Shown: piece after piece, positions 11,504 to 20,548 of the stretch | How positions within the stretch are numbered: position 1 is the stretch's first letter | Layout of the letters: every line of letters starts with the position of its first letter | Assembly: GCA_002269645.1 (NCBI GenBank) | Contig: NIVC01001118.1 | Span: 1-25,459 of the forward strand | DNA from: Macrostomum lignano | Lineage: Eukaryota | DNA: 25,459 bases | Reading direction: 5' to 3' | Program-made: the position numbers and the translations under genes | The notes under the pieces: model-generated | Database searches by the model: none | Told to the model about the DNA's origin: nothing | Seen by the model: the letters and a program-made list of their open reading frames with translations, nothing else

Positions 11504-13715
11504 CTCTAGCCGTTTGACGAACCTCTCCAGCCGCGCTCTCGCACCGACTGAACTGCAACTGCTGGAGCGCGGCCAGTCCTTCGTAGTGGCTCCTCGGTGC
11601 ACCTCGGCGGAGTCACTGGCGTCCGGCGTCCGCGACTTTGGCGAGCGTCTGGCCGTGTCGGCGGCTCGCGGCTTCAAGCGCGAACTGACGGTGAACGACG
11701 GTCCGCCGCTTCCCCGCCGCCCAACGGCCAGCATCGATCCGAGCCGCCTCCGGCCCGAAATTCAAGCCGCTCTGGCGGAGCTGGACGACGTCAGGGAGAA
11801 CATCCGGGACTGCAGGAACGCTCCTAACATCAGTCAGGCGGAGGCGAAGGCACTGCGAGATCTACGGGCAGACAAGTCCATCGTCATCAAGCCGGCCGAC
11901 AAGGGCAGCCAGCTGGTCATCCTGGACCGGCAGGACTATGTCCGTGAATGCCTGCGTCAGCTGGACGACCCGGCCTTCTACCGGCCTCTGAACGAGCCGA
12001 TCAACCGCTTCACGGCCCAGAGAATCCGCGCCGTCTTCCAGTCGCTACTGGACCGCAGGCTTATCGACAAACGCCAGTTCACCGCCTTCTGCCCGAAGGA
12101 GGAGTTCCGGACGCGACGCTTTTACATCCTGCCAAAGATTCACAAGCCTGCCGAGTCGTGGCCGCTCGGCGACATCCCGCCAGGCCGGCCCATCGTGTCT
12201 GACGTGGACAGCGAATCATATGCCAGCGGCCGCTTCATCGACAGCTTCCTGCAGCCGATCGTCATCCAGCTGCCCAGCTTCATCAGGGATACCGATCATT
12301 TCCAGGCGGCCATCAGAGACATCACCTGCACGGCGCGGGGCGAGACCTTTCTGTTCACCATGGACGTCGCCAGCCTTTACACTAACATCCGGACCGCGGC
12401 CGGACTCGAGTGCGTACAGAGGGCCTTCAGAGAGCACCCGGACGCCCGGCGCCCGGACGCGAGCCTCCTCAGTTTGCTCAAGCTGAACCTGGAGCGCAAC
12501 GACTTCGAGTTCGATGGAAAATTTTTTCTGCAAGTGAAAGGCACGGCCATGGGAAAATCGTTTGCGCCCAGCTACAGTAACATCTACATGGGCTACTGGG
12601 AGCAGCGGGGCCTGGAGCTCAGCCCGCAGAAGCCCGCCCTGTGGCTGCGCTACATCGACGACATCTTCGGCGTCTGGCACGGAACGAGAGACGAGCTGGT
12701 CCGCTTCCACGAGCTCCTGGATGGCCTCGACCCGCACATCAGGTTGCAGCTGAGCTACAGCAGCACCGAGGTCAACTTCCTGGATACCACCGTCTTCTGG
12801 GACCGCGAGGGTGACGTTAAGCGCCTGGCAACTAAGGTGTATTTTAAGCCGACCGACAGCCGAACGCTCATTCACCGCGACTCTTTCCACCCGAAGCGGA
12901 CGTTCCGGGGCGTGGTGAAGTCCCAGCTCCTCAGATACGCCCGGCGGTGTTCCCTGATGGCCGATTTCGACGCAGCGTGCACCGGGCTGTTTTCAAGTCT
13001 GGTGCAACACCAGGGCTACAATCGGCGGTTCCTGCGCACGATCAAGTACGAGATGCTGACGGAGCTGGGCTTCTACCCGACGAGACGGTGGGAATTCGGC
13101 TTTCTGCCGTGCAACCCGACCCGGCTGTGCAGGTGCTGCCAGGCGCACGCCAGGTTCGCCTCCGTCTGCCCCGGATCAGCAGCCACGACAGTCCAGCTCA
13201 TCATCAGTCAGCGGATCGACTGCAACGCCACCAACGCCGTCTATGCCGTGTTCTGCCGCCGGTGCGACCACACGATCTACGTAGGCGAGACCGCCAACAG
13301 CATCCGCGGCCGCATGCTGGCGCACATCGGCGACATCCGGCACGCCCGCGACACTCCGGTGGCCCGCCATTTCACCAGTGATGGCCACAGTCTGGCGGAC
13401 TTCGCCTTCACCGGCATCTGGTCTCGTGACGGCACGGGACCCAGAGCGAACGAGCGGCGGCAGCGCCACGAGGCCAAGCTCATCGAGGTGTTAAGGACTC
13501 AAACCCCGCACGGCGTCAACGAGCTTGCCGGCACGCTGCACAACCCGGCCATCCCGCTGATCCTGCCCCATTGTGCGAGGTCGGACGCCCTGGTGGCCGC
13601 GGTGAAGGACCGCGTGGCCCGGTGCTGCGAGGCCCCGGTGCTGCCCGCCTACACCAAAGGGCGGAACCTCCGGCAGCTGCTCTGTCCCAGTCGACTGGAG
13701 TCCACCACTGATTGA
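11493..13715 (+). CDS. PLE reverse transcriptase + Cys-rich knuckle + GIY-YIG endonuclease (740 aa, true start unresolved)
   Basis: Motifs: NLSS..L...E..LL..G.SF; IKPADKG; FYILPKIHK; PGRPIVS; TMDVASLYTNI; QVKGTAMG..FAPSYSNIYM; LRYIDD (YIDD at 12651); VNFLD; YFKPT; thumb HP...GVVKSQLLRYARRCS...GY. Also C-x5-C-x2-C, AVY..FCRRC...YVGET, R..H..ARHF (CCHH) and E..LI..L.T..P.GVN. No stop or frameshift. The frame is open from 11484 but has no ATG before RT motif A. Confidence 0.95.
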   Translation: MAFLSSRLTNLSSRALAPTELQLLERGQSFVVAPRCTSAESLASGVRDFGERLAVSAARGFKRELTVNDGPPLPRRPTASIDPSRLRPEIQAALAELDDVRENIRDCRNAPNISQAEAKALRDLRADKSIVIKPADKGSQLVILDRQDYVRECLRQLDDPAFYRPLNEPINRFTAQRIRAVFQSLLDRRLIDKRQFTAFCPKEEFRTRRFYILPKIHKPAESWPLGDIPPGRPIVSDVDSESYASGRFIDSFLQPIVIQLPSFIRDTDHFQAAIRDITCTARGETFLFTMDVASLYTNIRTAAGLECVQRAFREHPDARRPDASLLSLLKLNLERNDFEFDGKFFLQVKGTAMGKSFAPSYSNIYMGYWEQRGLELSPQKPALWLRYIDDIFGVWHGTRDELVRFHELLDGLDPHIRLQLSYSSTEVNFLDTTVFWDREGDVKRLATKVYFKPTDSRTLIHRDSFHPKRTFRGVVKSQLLRYARRCSLMADFDAACTGLFSSLVQHQGYNRRFLRTIKYEMLTELGFYPTRRWEFGFLPCNPTRLCRCCQAHARFASVCPGSAATTVQLIISQRIDCNATNAVYAVFCRRCDHTIYVGETANSIRGRMLAHIGDIRHARDTPVARHFTSDGHSLADFAFTGIWSRDGTGPRANERRQRHEAKLIEVLRTQTPHGVNELAGTLHNPAIPLILPHCARSDALVAAVKDRVARCCEAPVLPAYTKGRNLRQLLCPSRLESTTD

Positions 13716-14316
13716 TTTTTTTTATTTTTTCCTTTTGATTTTTTACTTCACTTTCCCTACTACTTACCTTTGTCAGACCGTGCCGATACCTACCAAGCCT
13801 TTTATTGCTCCTTTCTTAGAAATTTTTTTATTCTCATCGCTAGCCCAAGCACAGCTTTTGTATATTCTCAGCTTTTATTCTGCATCAACATTTCTATTGT
13901 TTCTTGACACCCTGTACTTTTTATTACACTTTTTTCTTTTACTCTTTTGCTTATCGTACAATTGCTCTTTTTTAAGTTTTTGAGGGCCTTTCACCTTATT
14001 TATTTATTTATTGATTTACTGCTTATTTATTTATTGAGGTCAATTTTGTAAAGTGCTTAGAGTCACTCTTTCCCCTTTTTAGACACCGGTGCAGTCGCAC
14101 TATTCCATTATTTATTTCGTGTGTAGGATCGCTGCAGCCCACGTGCGGTTCACTTTATTTGTGCAGTTTTTATTTTGCATTTTCAACTCTAATAGTGTTT
14201 TATCGACTCACACCAAGTGTACATACCGTACGCTCTCTATCTACCTGCCTACTCTCTCTCCCCTCTAACCCGCCTATTTAATAACTTTTACAACACCACT
14301 TGTCGCTACTTTTCAC

Positions 14317-14357
14317 TTGCCCTGACGAAGAATTTACCTAATTCGAAATATCGGCAA
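14317..14357 (+). ncRNA. Minimal type I hammerhead ribozyme (PLE type)
   Basis: Helix I TTGCC/GGCAA; core CTGACGA (14322-28) + A; helix II GAATT/AATTC with loop TACCT; GAAA; palindromic ATAT in place of helix III; predicted cleavage after UC at 14352. Confidence 0.85.
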
Positions 14358-14423
14358 CTTAAATCATCTTGACTTGTTTGTCCTTTTTACATGTACCGCG
14401 TCCGTGCCTGAGATTGGAGGCGC

Positions 14424-14685
14424 CCTCCTCTCTCTCTCTCTCTCCCTCTCTCTCTCTCTCCCTCTCTCTCTCTCCTCTCTCCTCTCTCTCTCTCTCCTCT
14501 CTATCTCTCCTCTCTCTCTCCTCTCTCTCTCTCCTCTCTCTCTCCTCTCTCTCTCTCTCCTCTCTATCTCTCCTCTCTCTCTCTCCTTTCTCTCTCTCTC
14601 TCCTCTCCTCTCTCTCTCTCTCTCCTCTCTCTCTCCTCTCTCTCTCTCCTCTCTCTCTCTCCTCTCTCTCTATCCTCTCTCTCTC

Positions 14686-14717
<32 letters not shown>

Positions 14718-14829
14718 CTCTCCTCTCTCTCTCTCCTCTCTCTCCTCTCTCTCTCTCCTCTCTCTCTCTCCTCTCTTTCTCCTCTCTCTCTCCTCTCTCT
14801 CTCTCCTCTCTCTCTCCTCTCTCTCTTTC

Positions 14830-14877
<48 letters not shown>

Positions 14878-14884
14878 CTCTCTC

Positions 14885-14949
<65 letters not shown>

Positions 14950-15088
14950 CCTCTCTCTCTCTTTCTCCTCTCTTTTTCTCTCTCTCCTCTCTCTCTCTTC
15001 TCTCCTCTCTCTCTCTCTCTCTCTCTCCTCTCTCCTCTCTCTCTCTCCTCTCTCTCTCCTCTCTTTTTCTCTCTCTCTCTCTCTTTCT
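14424..15088. repeat. Imperfect (CT)n/(CCT) microsatellite, ~660 bp; a second short tract at 15150-15207
   Basis: Almost pure C/T sequence on the + strand; source of the low-complexity ORFs. Confidence 0.97.
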
Positions 15089-15098
15089 GTTCGGCCTA

Positions 15099-15136
15099 GG
15101 CCTAATGAAGAGCCGAGAGGCTTAAAACCGGTTGCC
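15099..15136 (+). ncRNA. Degenerate hammerhead-like motif (core G5 and G12 changed to A)
   Basis: GGC-CTAATGA-A-GAGCC-GAGA-GGCTT-AAA-ACCGGT-T-GCC: hammerhead layout with a GNRA-capped helix II and palindromic ACCGGT, but CTAATGA/AAAA instead of CTGATGA/GAAA. Confidence 0.55.
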
Positions 15137-15320
15137 AACTCAATACACATCTCCTCTCCTCTCTTCTATTATCTCTCTCTTTCTCTCTCCCCCCTCTCTC
15201 TCTCTCTTTGAGACAAGGCATTCACTTCAACTTACGCGGAGTGCCGGGCAAGAGTCTTAAAGATTACAATAGTTTCCATCTTGCAGAGGCACTTCCTTTT
15301 CTTAAAAGGTGGTCTTTAGT

Positions 15321-15445
15321 CTGCTTTAAGTTTCGCCAAAGCCAAAGCCAAAGAAGCAAAAACTGCTTTGTTCTCCCCGAGACAAGAGCCTCGTGTTAGG
15401 CACTTTGTTGAACAATAGTTCATAAATAATTCATTTGGCGTTTCT
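15321..15445 (+). repeat. PLE pseudo-LTR, 3' copy (125 bp)
   Basis: Direct repeat of 11379-11503; ends 6 nt before the position of the AG acceptor seen in the 5' copy. Confidence 0.95.
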
Positions 15446-15665
15446 ACGCTTTCCACCCTGGCACTTGACTCTCCTTTACACAAGTAGAAACCGGCTGAAA
15501 CAAGTTGGAGTAAAAATACTGACAAATTCGGAAATTTTACAGTTTAGAAGTTGATAGAAATTTTGGCTACTAGCTTGATAAATATAGCTGTTTTGGTGTC
15601 TCAGTGTATTTGAACGTTTGTTCATGGTTTTCAAAGGCTATCTTTAACAAGCGTTTATTAATTAT

Positions 15666-16350
15666 TAATAGACAACTTGTGTGATACAAGCCCTCACTAA
15701 TAGACAGCAGATGTGACACAAGCACTCACTAATAGACAACAGATGTGACACAAGCACTCACTAATAAACAGCAGATGTGACACAAGCGCTCACTAAAAGA
15801 GATGTGACACAAGCACTCACTAATATACAACAGGTGTGACACACAAGCACTCACTAATAGACAACAGGTGTGACACACAAGCACTCACTAATAGACAACA
15901 GGTGTGACACACAAGCACTCACTAATAGACAACAGGTGTGACACACAAGCACTCACTAATAGACAACAGGTGTGACACACAAGCACTCACTAATAGACAA
16001 CAGGTGTGACACACAAGCACTCACTAATAGACAACAGGTGTGACACACAAGCACTCACTAATAGACAACAGGTGTGACACACAAGCACTCACTAATAGAC
16101 AACAGGTGTGACACACAAGCACTCACTAATAGACAACAGGTGTGACACACAAGCACTCACTAATAGACAACAGGTGTGACACACAAGCCCTCACTAATAG
16201 ACAACAGGTGTGACACACAAGCACTCACTAATAGACAACAGGTGTGACACACAAGCCCTCACTAATAGACAACAGATGTGACACACAAGCGCTCACTAAT
16301 AAACAACAGATGTGACACAAGCACTCACTAATAGACAACAGATGTGAAAC
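15666..16350. repeat. 34-bp minisatellite (~20 copies)
   Basis: Unit GTGACACACAAGCACTCACTAATAGACAACAGGT; period 34 (15901, 15935); degenerate edges. Confidence 0.95.
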
Positions 16351-16560
16351 AAGTGCGCACTTATGACACAAAGGAGAAATATAGAAATCGATTTTTTCGA
16401 ATTCAATATCATTGATAGAAAAATACCTAGATAGATAGATACAACTCATTATCATCAGAGTAGACTTGCTACAAAAAGTATGAAAAATTATCGAGCTCGA
16501 ATTCACCGTCCAACAGATGCAAAATATTCATCAACTCGTTTATCTCTTGCACTTAAGATC

Positions 16561-17140
16561 CAGGGGTGTCGCCATGGATTTGATGGTGGGGGGACAATGC
16601 CGAAAATCCTGCATGTACACTATTTAAAAAATCGGTGTTGTCAGCGTCATTTTGGCACCGCAGGCACTCAATTTAGCGCCACAGGCACTCATTTTAGCGC
16701 CGCAGGCACTCATTTTGGTGCCGCAGGCACTCATTTTAGCGCCGCAGACACTCATTTTAGCGCCGCAGACACTCATTTTAGCGCCGCAGGCACTCATTTT
16801 GGCGCCACAGGCACTCATTTTGGCGCCGCAGACACTCATTTTAGCGCCGCAGACACTCATTTTAGCGCCGCAGACACTCATTTTAGCGCCGCAGACACTC
16901 ATTTTAGCGCCGCAGGCACTCATTTTGGCGCCACAGGCACTCATTTTGGCGCCGCAGACACTCATTTTAGCGCCGCAGACACTCATTTTTGCGCCGCAGA
17001 CAAGCCCTCAAGCAAAATTATTGATTTCCACAACGGTTCACAAGGTTGGGGGGACACAAAGCATCGGCATGTTCCCCCATAGTTTTTTCTAGGGTCGGAC
17101 ATATCCCCCCTGTCCCCTACCCTCGGTGGCGACGCCCCTG
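16561..17140. mobile_element. MITE-like non-autonomous element with 14-bp TIRs
   Basis: CAGGGGTGTCGCCA ... TGGCGACGCCCCTG (13/14 complementary), subterminal GGGGGACA/TGTCCCC motifs, no TSD seen. Confidence 0.65.
16646..17002. repeat. 21-bp minisatellite inside the MITE (~17 copies)
   Basis: Unit GCAG(G/A)CACTCATTTT(A/G)GCGCC; explains ORFs 16480-17082, 16624-16986 and 16652-17092. Confidence 0.95.
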
Positions 17141-17296
17141 CCCCCCCCTCCCAATAAGTACATGTAGCTCGTAAATACGCGTTTTACAGATATTGTGCGG
17201 TAATTACTTAGTGGTTATTTAAAATTTGAAAAATAGTATATATAGAGAGAGACAGTAACATTTTCTAGCATTAAGATAGCATTTTATAGCGACACA

Positions 17297-17935
17297 TTAG
17301 CCACAGATTACCAACAAATTAGCAACAGATTAGCAACAGACTAGCAACACATTAGCAACACATTAGCAAGACATTATCAAAAGATTAGCAACACATTAGC
17401 AACAGATTAGCAACACATTACCAAAAGATTAGCAACAGATTAGCAACACATTAGCAACACATTAGCAACAGGTTAGCAACAGATAAGCAACAGATTAGCA
17501 ACACATTACCAAAAAAGCAAACAGATTAGCAAAACATTAGCAACAGATAAGCAACAGATTAGCAACACATTAGCAACACATTAGCAACAGATTAGCAACA
17601 GATTAGCAACAGATTAGCAACAGATAAGCAACAGATTAGCAACACATTAGCAACACATTAGCAACAGATAAGCAACAGATTAGCAACAGATTAGCAACAG
17701 ATTAGCAACAGATTAGCAACACATTAGCAACACATTAGCAACAGATAAGCAACACATTAGCAACACATTAGCAACAGATAAGCAACAGATTAGCAACAGA
17801 TTAGCAACAGATTAGCAACAAATTAGCAACAGATTAGCAACAGATTAGCAACAGATTAGCAACAGATTAGCAACAGATTAGCAACACATTAGCAACACAT
17901 TAGCAACAGATTAGCAACAAATTAGCAACAGATTA
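17297..17935. repeat. 11-bp minisatellite TTAGCAACA(G/C)A (~58 copies)
   Basis: Direct reading. Confidence 0.95.
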
Positions 17936-18030
17936 TCTGATTGTTATTTGAACTCCATTATTATAAATTTTGTTAGTCCTCCGATGCAAATCTTCTCGTC
18001 TCACACTTATAGCCAAGACTGGCAGGCTTC

Positions 18031-18293
18031 TTAGTAGGTGTACAGAGCCAAAAGCATGGCATCAGCATTGCCGGCCACAGCAGCAAAGCTGCTCGGAATG
18101 ACCGTTGACTGAAACAGCCAGCATTCGAGTGTGGCAGTCCTGAACAGGACGAACAGGCAGTTGGTCATCTGCGAGCAGCGCAGCAGGCATTCAATATCCG
18201 ACCTCATTTGAGTCAGAGCAGCAATAAGGCTGGTCGATGTCATCGAATAGCTTGGTTGGATTGCATTGGCAACGACTTCGTTGTCCGGGACGG
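18031..18293 (-). CDS. Terminal exon of the lectin gene: PAN/apple-like Cys module
   Basis: Acceptor TTTTTTAG at 18295-94, phase 1, matches the donor at 20199. Reads (A)VPDNEVV...RSDIECLLRCSQMTNCLFVLFRTATLECWLF...TY*; the S.IEC...C....C........C.L spacing is PAN-like. Confidence 0.65.
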
Positions 18294-18424
18294 CTAAAAA
18301 AATGATTATTTCATTTATTAGAATTGACAGCTGAGCAAAAACACATTATTAAAGAATGGCAACATTAGTGTATCCCCAGTTGCACTGGTGCAGCAGGCTT
18401 TGGTTTAATTGTTTATTTCATTTA

Positions 18425-18953
18425 TAGCATTTTGCAGTCAAGTTTGAACTGCGGGCATTCAAATTAGACAAGAAGGGAAGAGCCAAATTTCAGAATCCGT
18501 CCCCAAGTCAAGCAGAACTTTATGTCTGTGGCACAAACTGAAACACACTGACGGGCACTCAATTTAGACAACGGGCATTCAAATTAGACAAGCAGCGGAA
18601 AGTCTATGTGTGCCAGAGAGAAAGACCATGGACAATCCGATTCGTCGCTATGCAAGAATTTCCAGAGAGAAGCGTGACCTCATTATTGGGGCATGCCAAC
18701 GTGGTGACTCTGTGGCTGAAATTGCCAACATGTTGGATGTCAAGAGATCATCAGTGTACAACAGACGCAACACGATCTTGAATTGCCCAGCCAATGCGCC
18801 TGAGAACTTGTCTAATTTGAATGCCCCTTGTCTAAATTGAGTGCCCACCAGTGTGATTTTGTCTAGGCCATAGATAGCATTTGTGCCAGCAGTGAGATCT
18901 GGTCAAGCGTCTAATTTGAATGCCCGCAGTTCAAACTTGACTGCAAAATGCTA
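18425..18953 (+). mobile_element. Internally deleted Tc1/mariner-like element with IR/DR-type ends and an HTH remnant
   Basis: 47-bp perfect inverted repeat 18423-18469 / 18909-18955, including the flanking TA (TA or TATA TSD is ambiguous). Inner inverted repeats at ~18553-18592 / ~18807-18846 re-use the GGGCA(C/T)TCAA(A/T)TTAGACAA motif. ORF from ATG 18628: ISREKRDLIIGACQRGDSVAEIANMLDVKRSSVY, which resembles a transposase N-terminal HTH. Confidence 0.75.
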
Positions 18954-19209
18954 TAGTTGAAACTCAGTCTATGGCAATAAATGTTTGTATAGCTTTAGCA
19001 CTGGTATAAATTGGGAATATATACCATTTCTCTCCCTTATAGAAGAACCAAGACATTGGCCATAGACAATCAAATTGGGCATGTGCAGTTAATAATAAAA
19101 CAAAGTTCATCATCTGAAAACAGCAGCTTCATTACGGGCGCATTAGCCATAGACTATAAGCTCCTGTAGCATTTCATGAAAAATATAATGTAAGGCATAT
19201 GGAGGCATA

Positions 19210-20082
19210 TTGTCCCATGACTGAGCGTGCGTTGAAAAAATTCTTCGTCACAGCACTGTACTTTATTATCTGCACGCTTTTTGTTCCTGCAGCTAGGAGT
19301 TCCTACCATAGACATTTTCTTACTGACCATAGACAATTTCTTGCTATGCACAAGCTTCTGATCGTGAGTTTGGCCCCATATGGATTCATTATTTCCTAAC
19401 GGCATGAGAAGCGGCATGACGGCCGGTGAGATCTCCCACCATTTGGAGTGGGCCGACGTTGAGAAGCTTGTGGACGAGCAGTTACGTCTCCAAGCAACTA
19501 GTGTGGACGACAACGAGGAGCTGAACCGCCTATTCGACTCCATCCCTGATTTAAACGACGACTTGGCCTGGATCGACCTTGACGCATCAATCTGGGCGCT
19601 GGAGCAAGAGACCGATGTCAAATCGTCTAAGAAGCATGAGGCTCAATACGTCGCGAAATTTTGGTGTTAAATTCTGCTGTGTTTTTCCCCTTTGTTTTAA
19701 TAAACGTTGCTTGCAAACTGCTGTTTTTTGTGGCGCTGTACGCTATTATCTGCGCGCTTTTTCATTATCTGCACGCTTTTTCATTATCTGCACGCTTTTT
19801 CATTATCTGCACGCTTTTTCATTATCTGCACGCTTTTTTCATTATCTGCACGCTTTTTCATTATCTGCACGCTTTTTTCGTTTTCTGCACGCTTTTTCAT
19901 TATCTGCACGCTTTTTTCATTATCTGCACGCTTTTTCATTATCTGCACGCTTTTTTCGTTTTCTGCACGCTTTTTTCGTTTTCTGCACGCTTTTTTGGCT
20001 ACGCCGCATAAGGGTTGGGCCATAGACTGTAAGATTAATGCACGCTTTTTGGACCAAAAACGCACGCTCAGTCATGGGACAG
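19210..20082. mobile_element. Non-autonomous TIR element flanked by TA
   Basis: (T/C)TGTCCCATGACTGAGCGTGCGTT at 19210 with its inverse ending at 20082; TA on both sides; contains an acidic ORF remnant (19380-19670) and a minisatellite. Confidence 0.7.
19743..19996. repeat. ~20-bp minisatellite CATTATCTGCACGCTTTTT(T)
   Basis: Direct reading; explains the overlapping repetitive ORFs between 19579 and 20117. Confidence 0.93.
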
Positions 20083-20199
20083 TATGAAATACATACTTCA
20101 TCACTTGATTCAGCCACTCTCTCAACAGTGACTGCCGCTCAACAGGTTAATTCCCGATCTTAAATTTTAAATTCGATTCTTTTCGAATATCCTACTTAC

Positions 20200-20451
20200 C
20201 CACGTAGACGTCAACCTCGCAGAAATTGAAGTAGACCTGAGTGCTGGCGGTCAGACCAGTTCGATTCTTGTACAGAGCCAGGTAGCGACCAACGACAGGG
20301 GACGAGCAGGTCAGGCTGATAGGATTTGTAGCATCGGTGGGCGCTCCAGTAAAGTAGAAACAACGTTGAATAGGTTCTCGCTGAAGCTGGACCAAGCGGC
20401 CGCGTCCGATGATATGCCTGCGAGTGGCAGGAGAATTTCGGTGAGCTAAAG
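20200..20451 (-). CDS. F-type lectin (FTP) domain, C-terminal exon
   Basis: RCFYFTG...SLTCSSPVVGRYLALY...FNFCEVDVY matches the FTP C...GRYV...LCEVEVY pattern. Donor G|GTAAGT at 20200/20199 (phase 1). Acceptor uncertain (20451 or 20445, both phase 1). Confidence 0.8.
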
Positions 20452-20548
20452 CTGGTTGCAAATTTTATGGAGCATGGATTAAGATAGCAGAATTTTCCTA
20501 CCTAGGAATGAGTCATCTTGTCGATATCTGTAATTTTTGTCCAAGCTA

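Larger units (their letters stand above)
11379..15445 (+). mobile_element. Penelope-like retroelement (EN+, Neptune-like), single copy with pseudo-LTR redundancy
   Basis: PLE-type RT + GIY-YIG ORF, 125-bp direct repeat at both ends, hammerhead motif downstream of the ORF, no TSD visible (left CCATCGGG|, right |ACGCTTTC). Confidence 0.92.

Noticed and set aside
11489-13483. Overlapping and antisense ORFs inside the RT gene (e.g. 12216-12890 minus, 224 aa; 12947-13381 plus)
   Set aside because: Shadow frames expected from a high-GC3 coding sequence; no motifs.
13709-13723. 15-mer CTGATTGATTTTTTT shared by the PLE stop region and the satellite unit
   Set aside because: Low complexity with no extension on either side; insufficient to link the two.
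13735-13983. Hydrophobic 82-aa ORF after the RT gene
   Set aside because: By-product of the T-rich UTR; TTG start and no coding bias.
14359-15211. ER-rich and LS-rich ORFs of 241-280 aa
   Set aside because: Translations of the (CT)n/(AG)n microsatellite.
16228-17092. Repetitive ORFs (THFSAAD, MSVCGAK, APQTLIL repeats and 16228-16506)
   Set aside because: Products of the 21-bp and 34-bp minisatellites; a 21-bp unit keeps several frames open by arithmetic.
17297-17935. Telomeric-type repeat (TTAGC resembles TTAGG/TTAGGC)
   Set aside because: The unit is an 11-mer without G runs and is interstitial.
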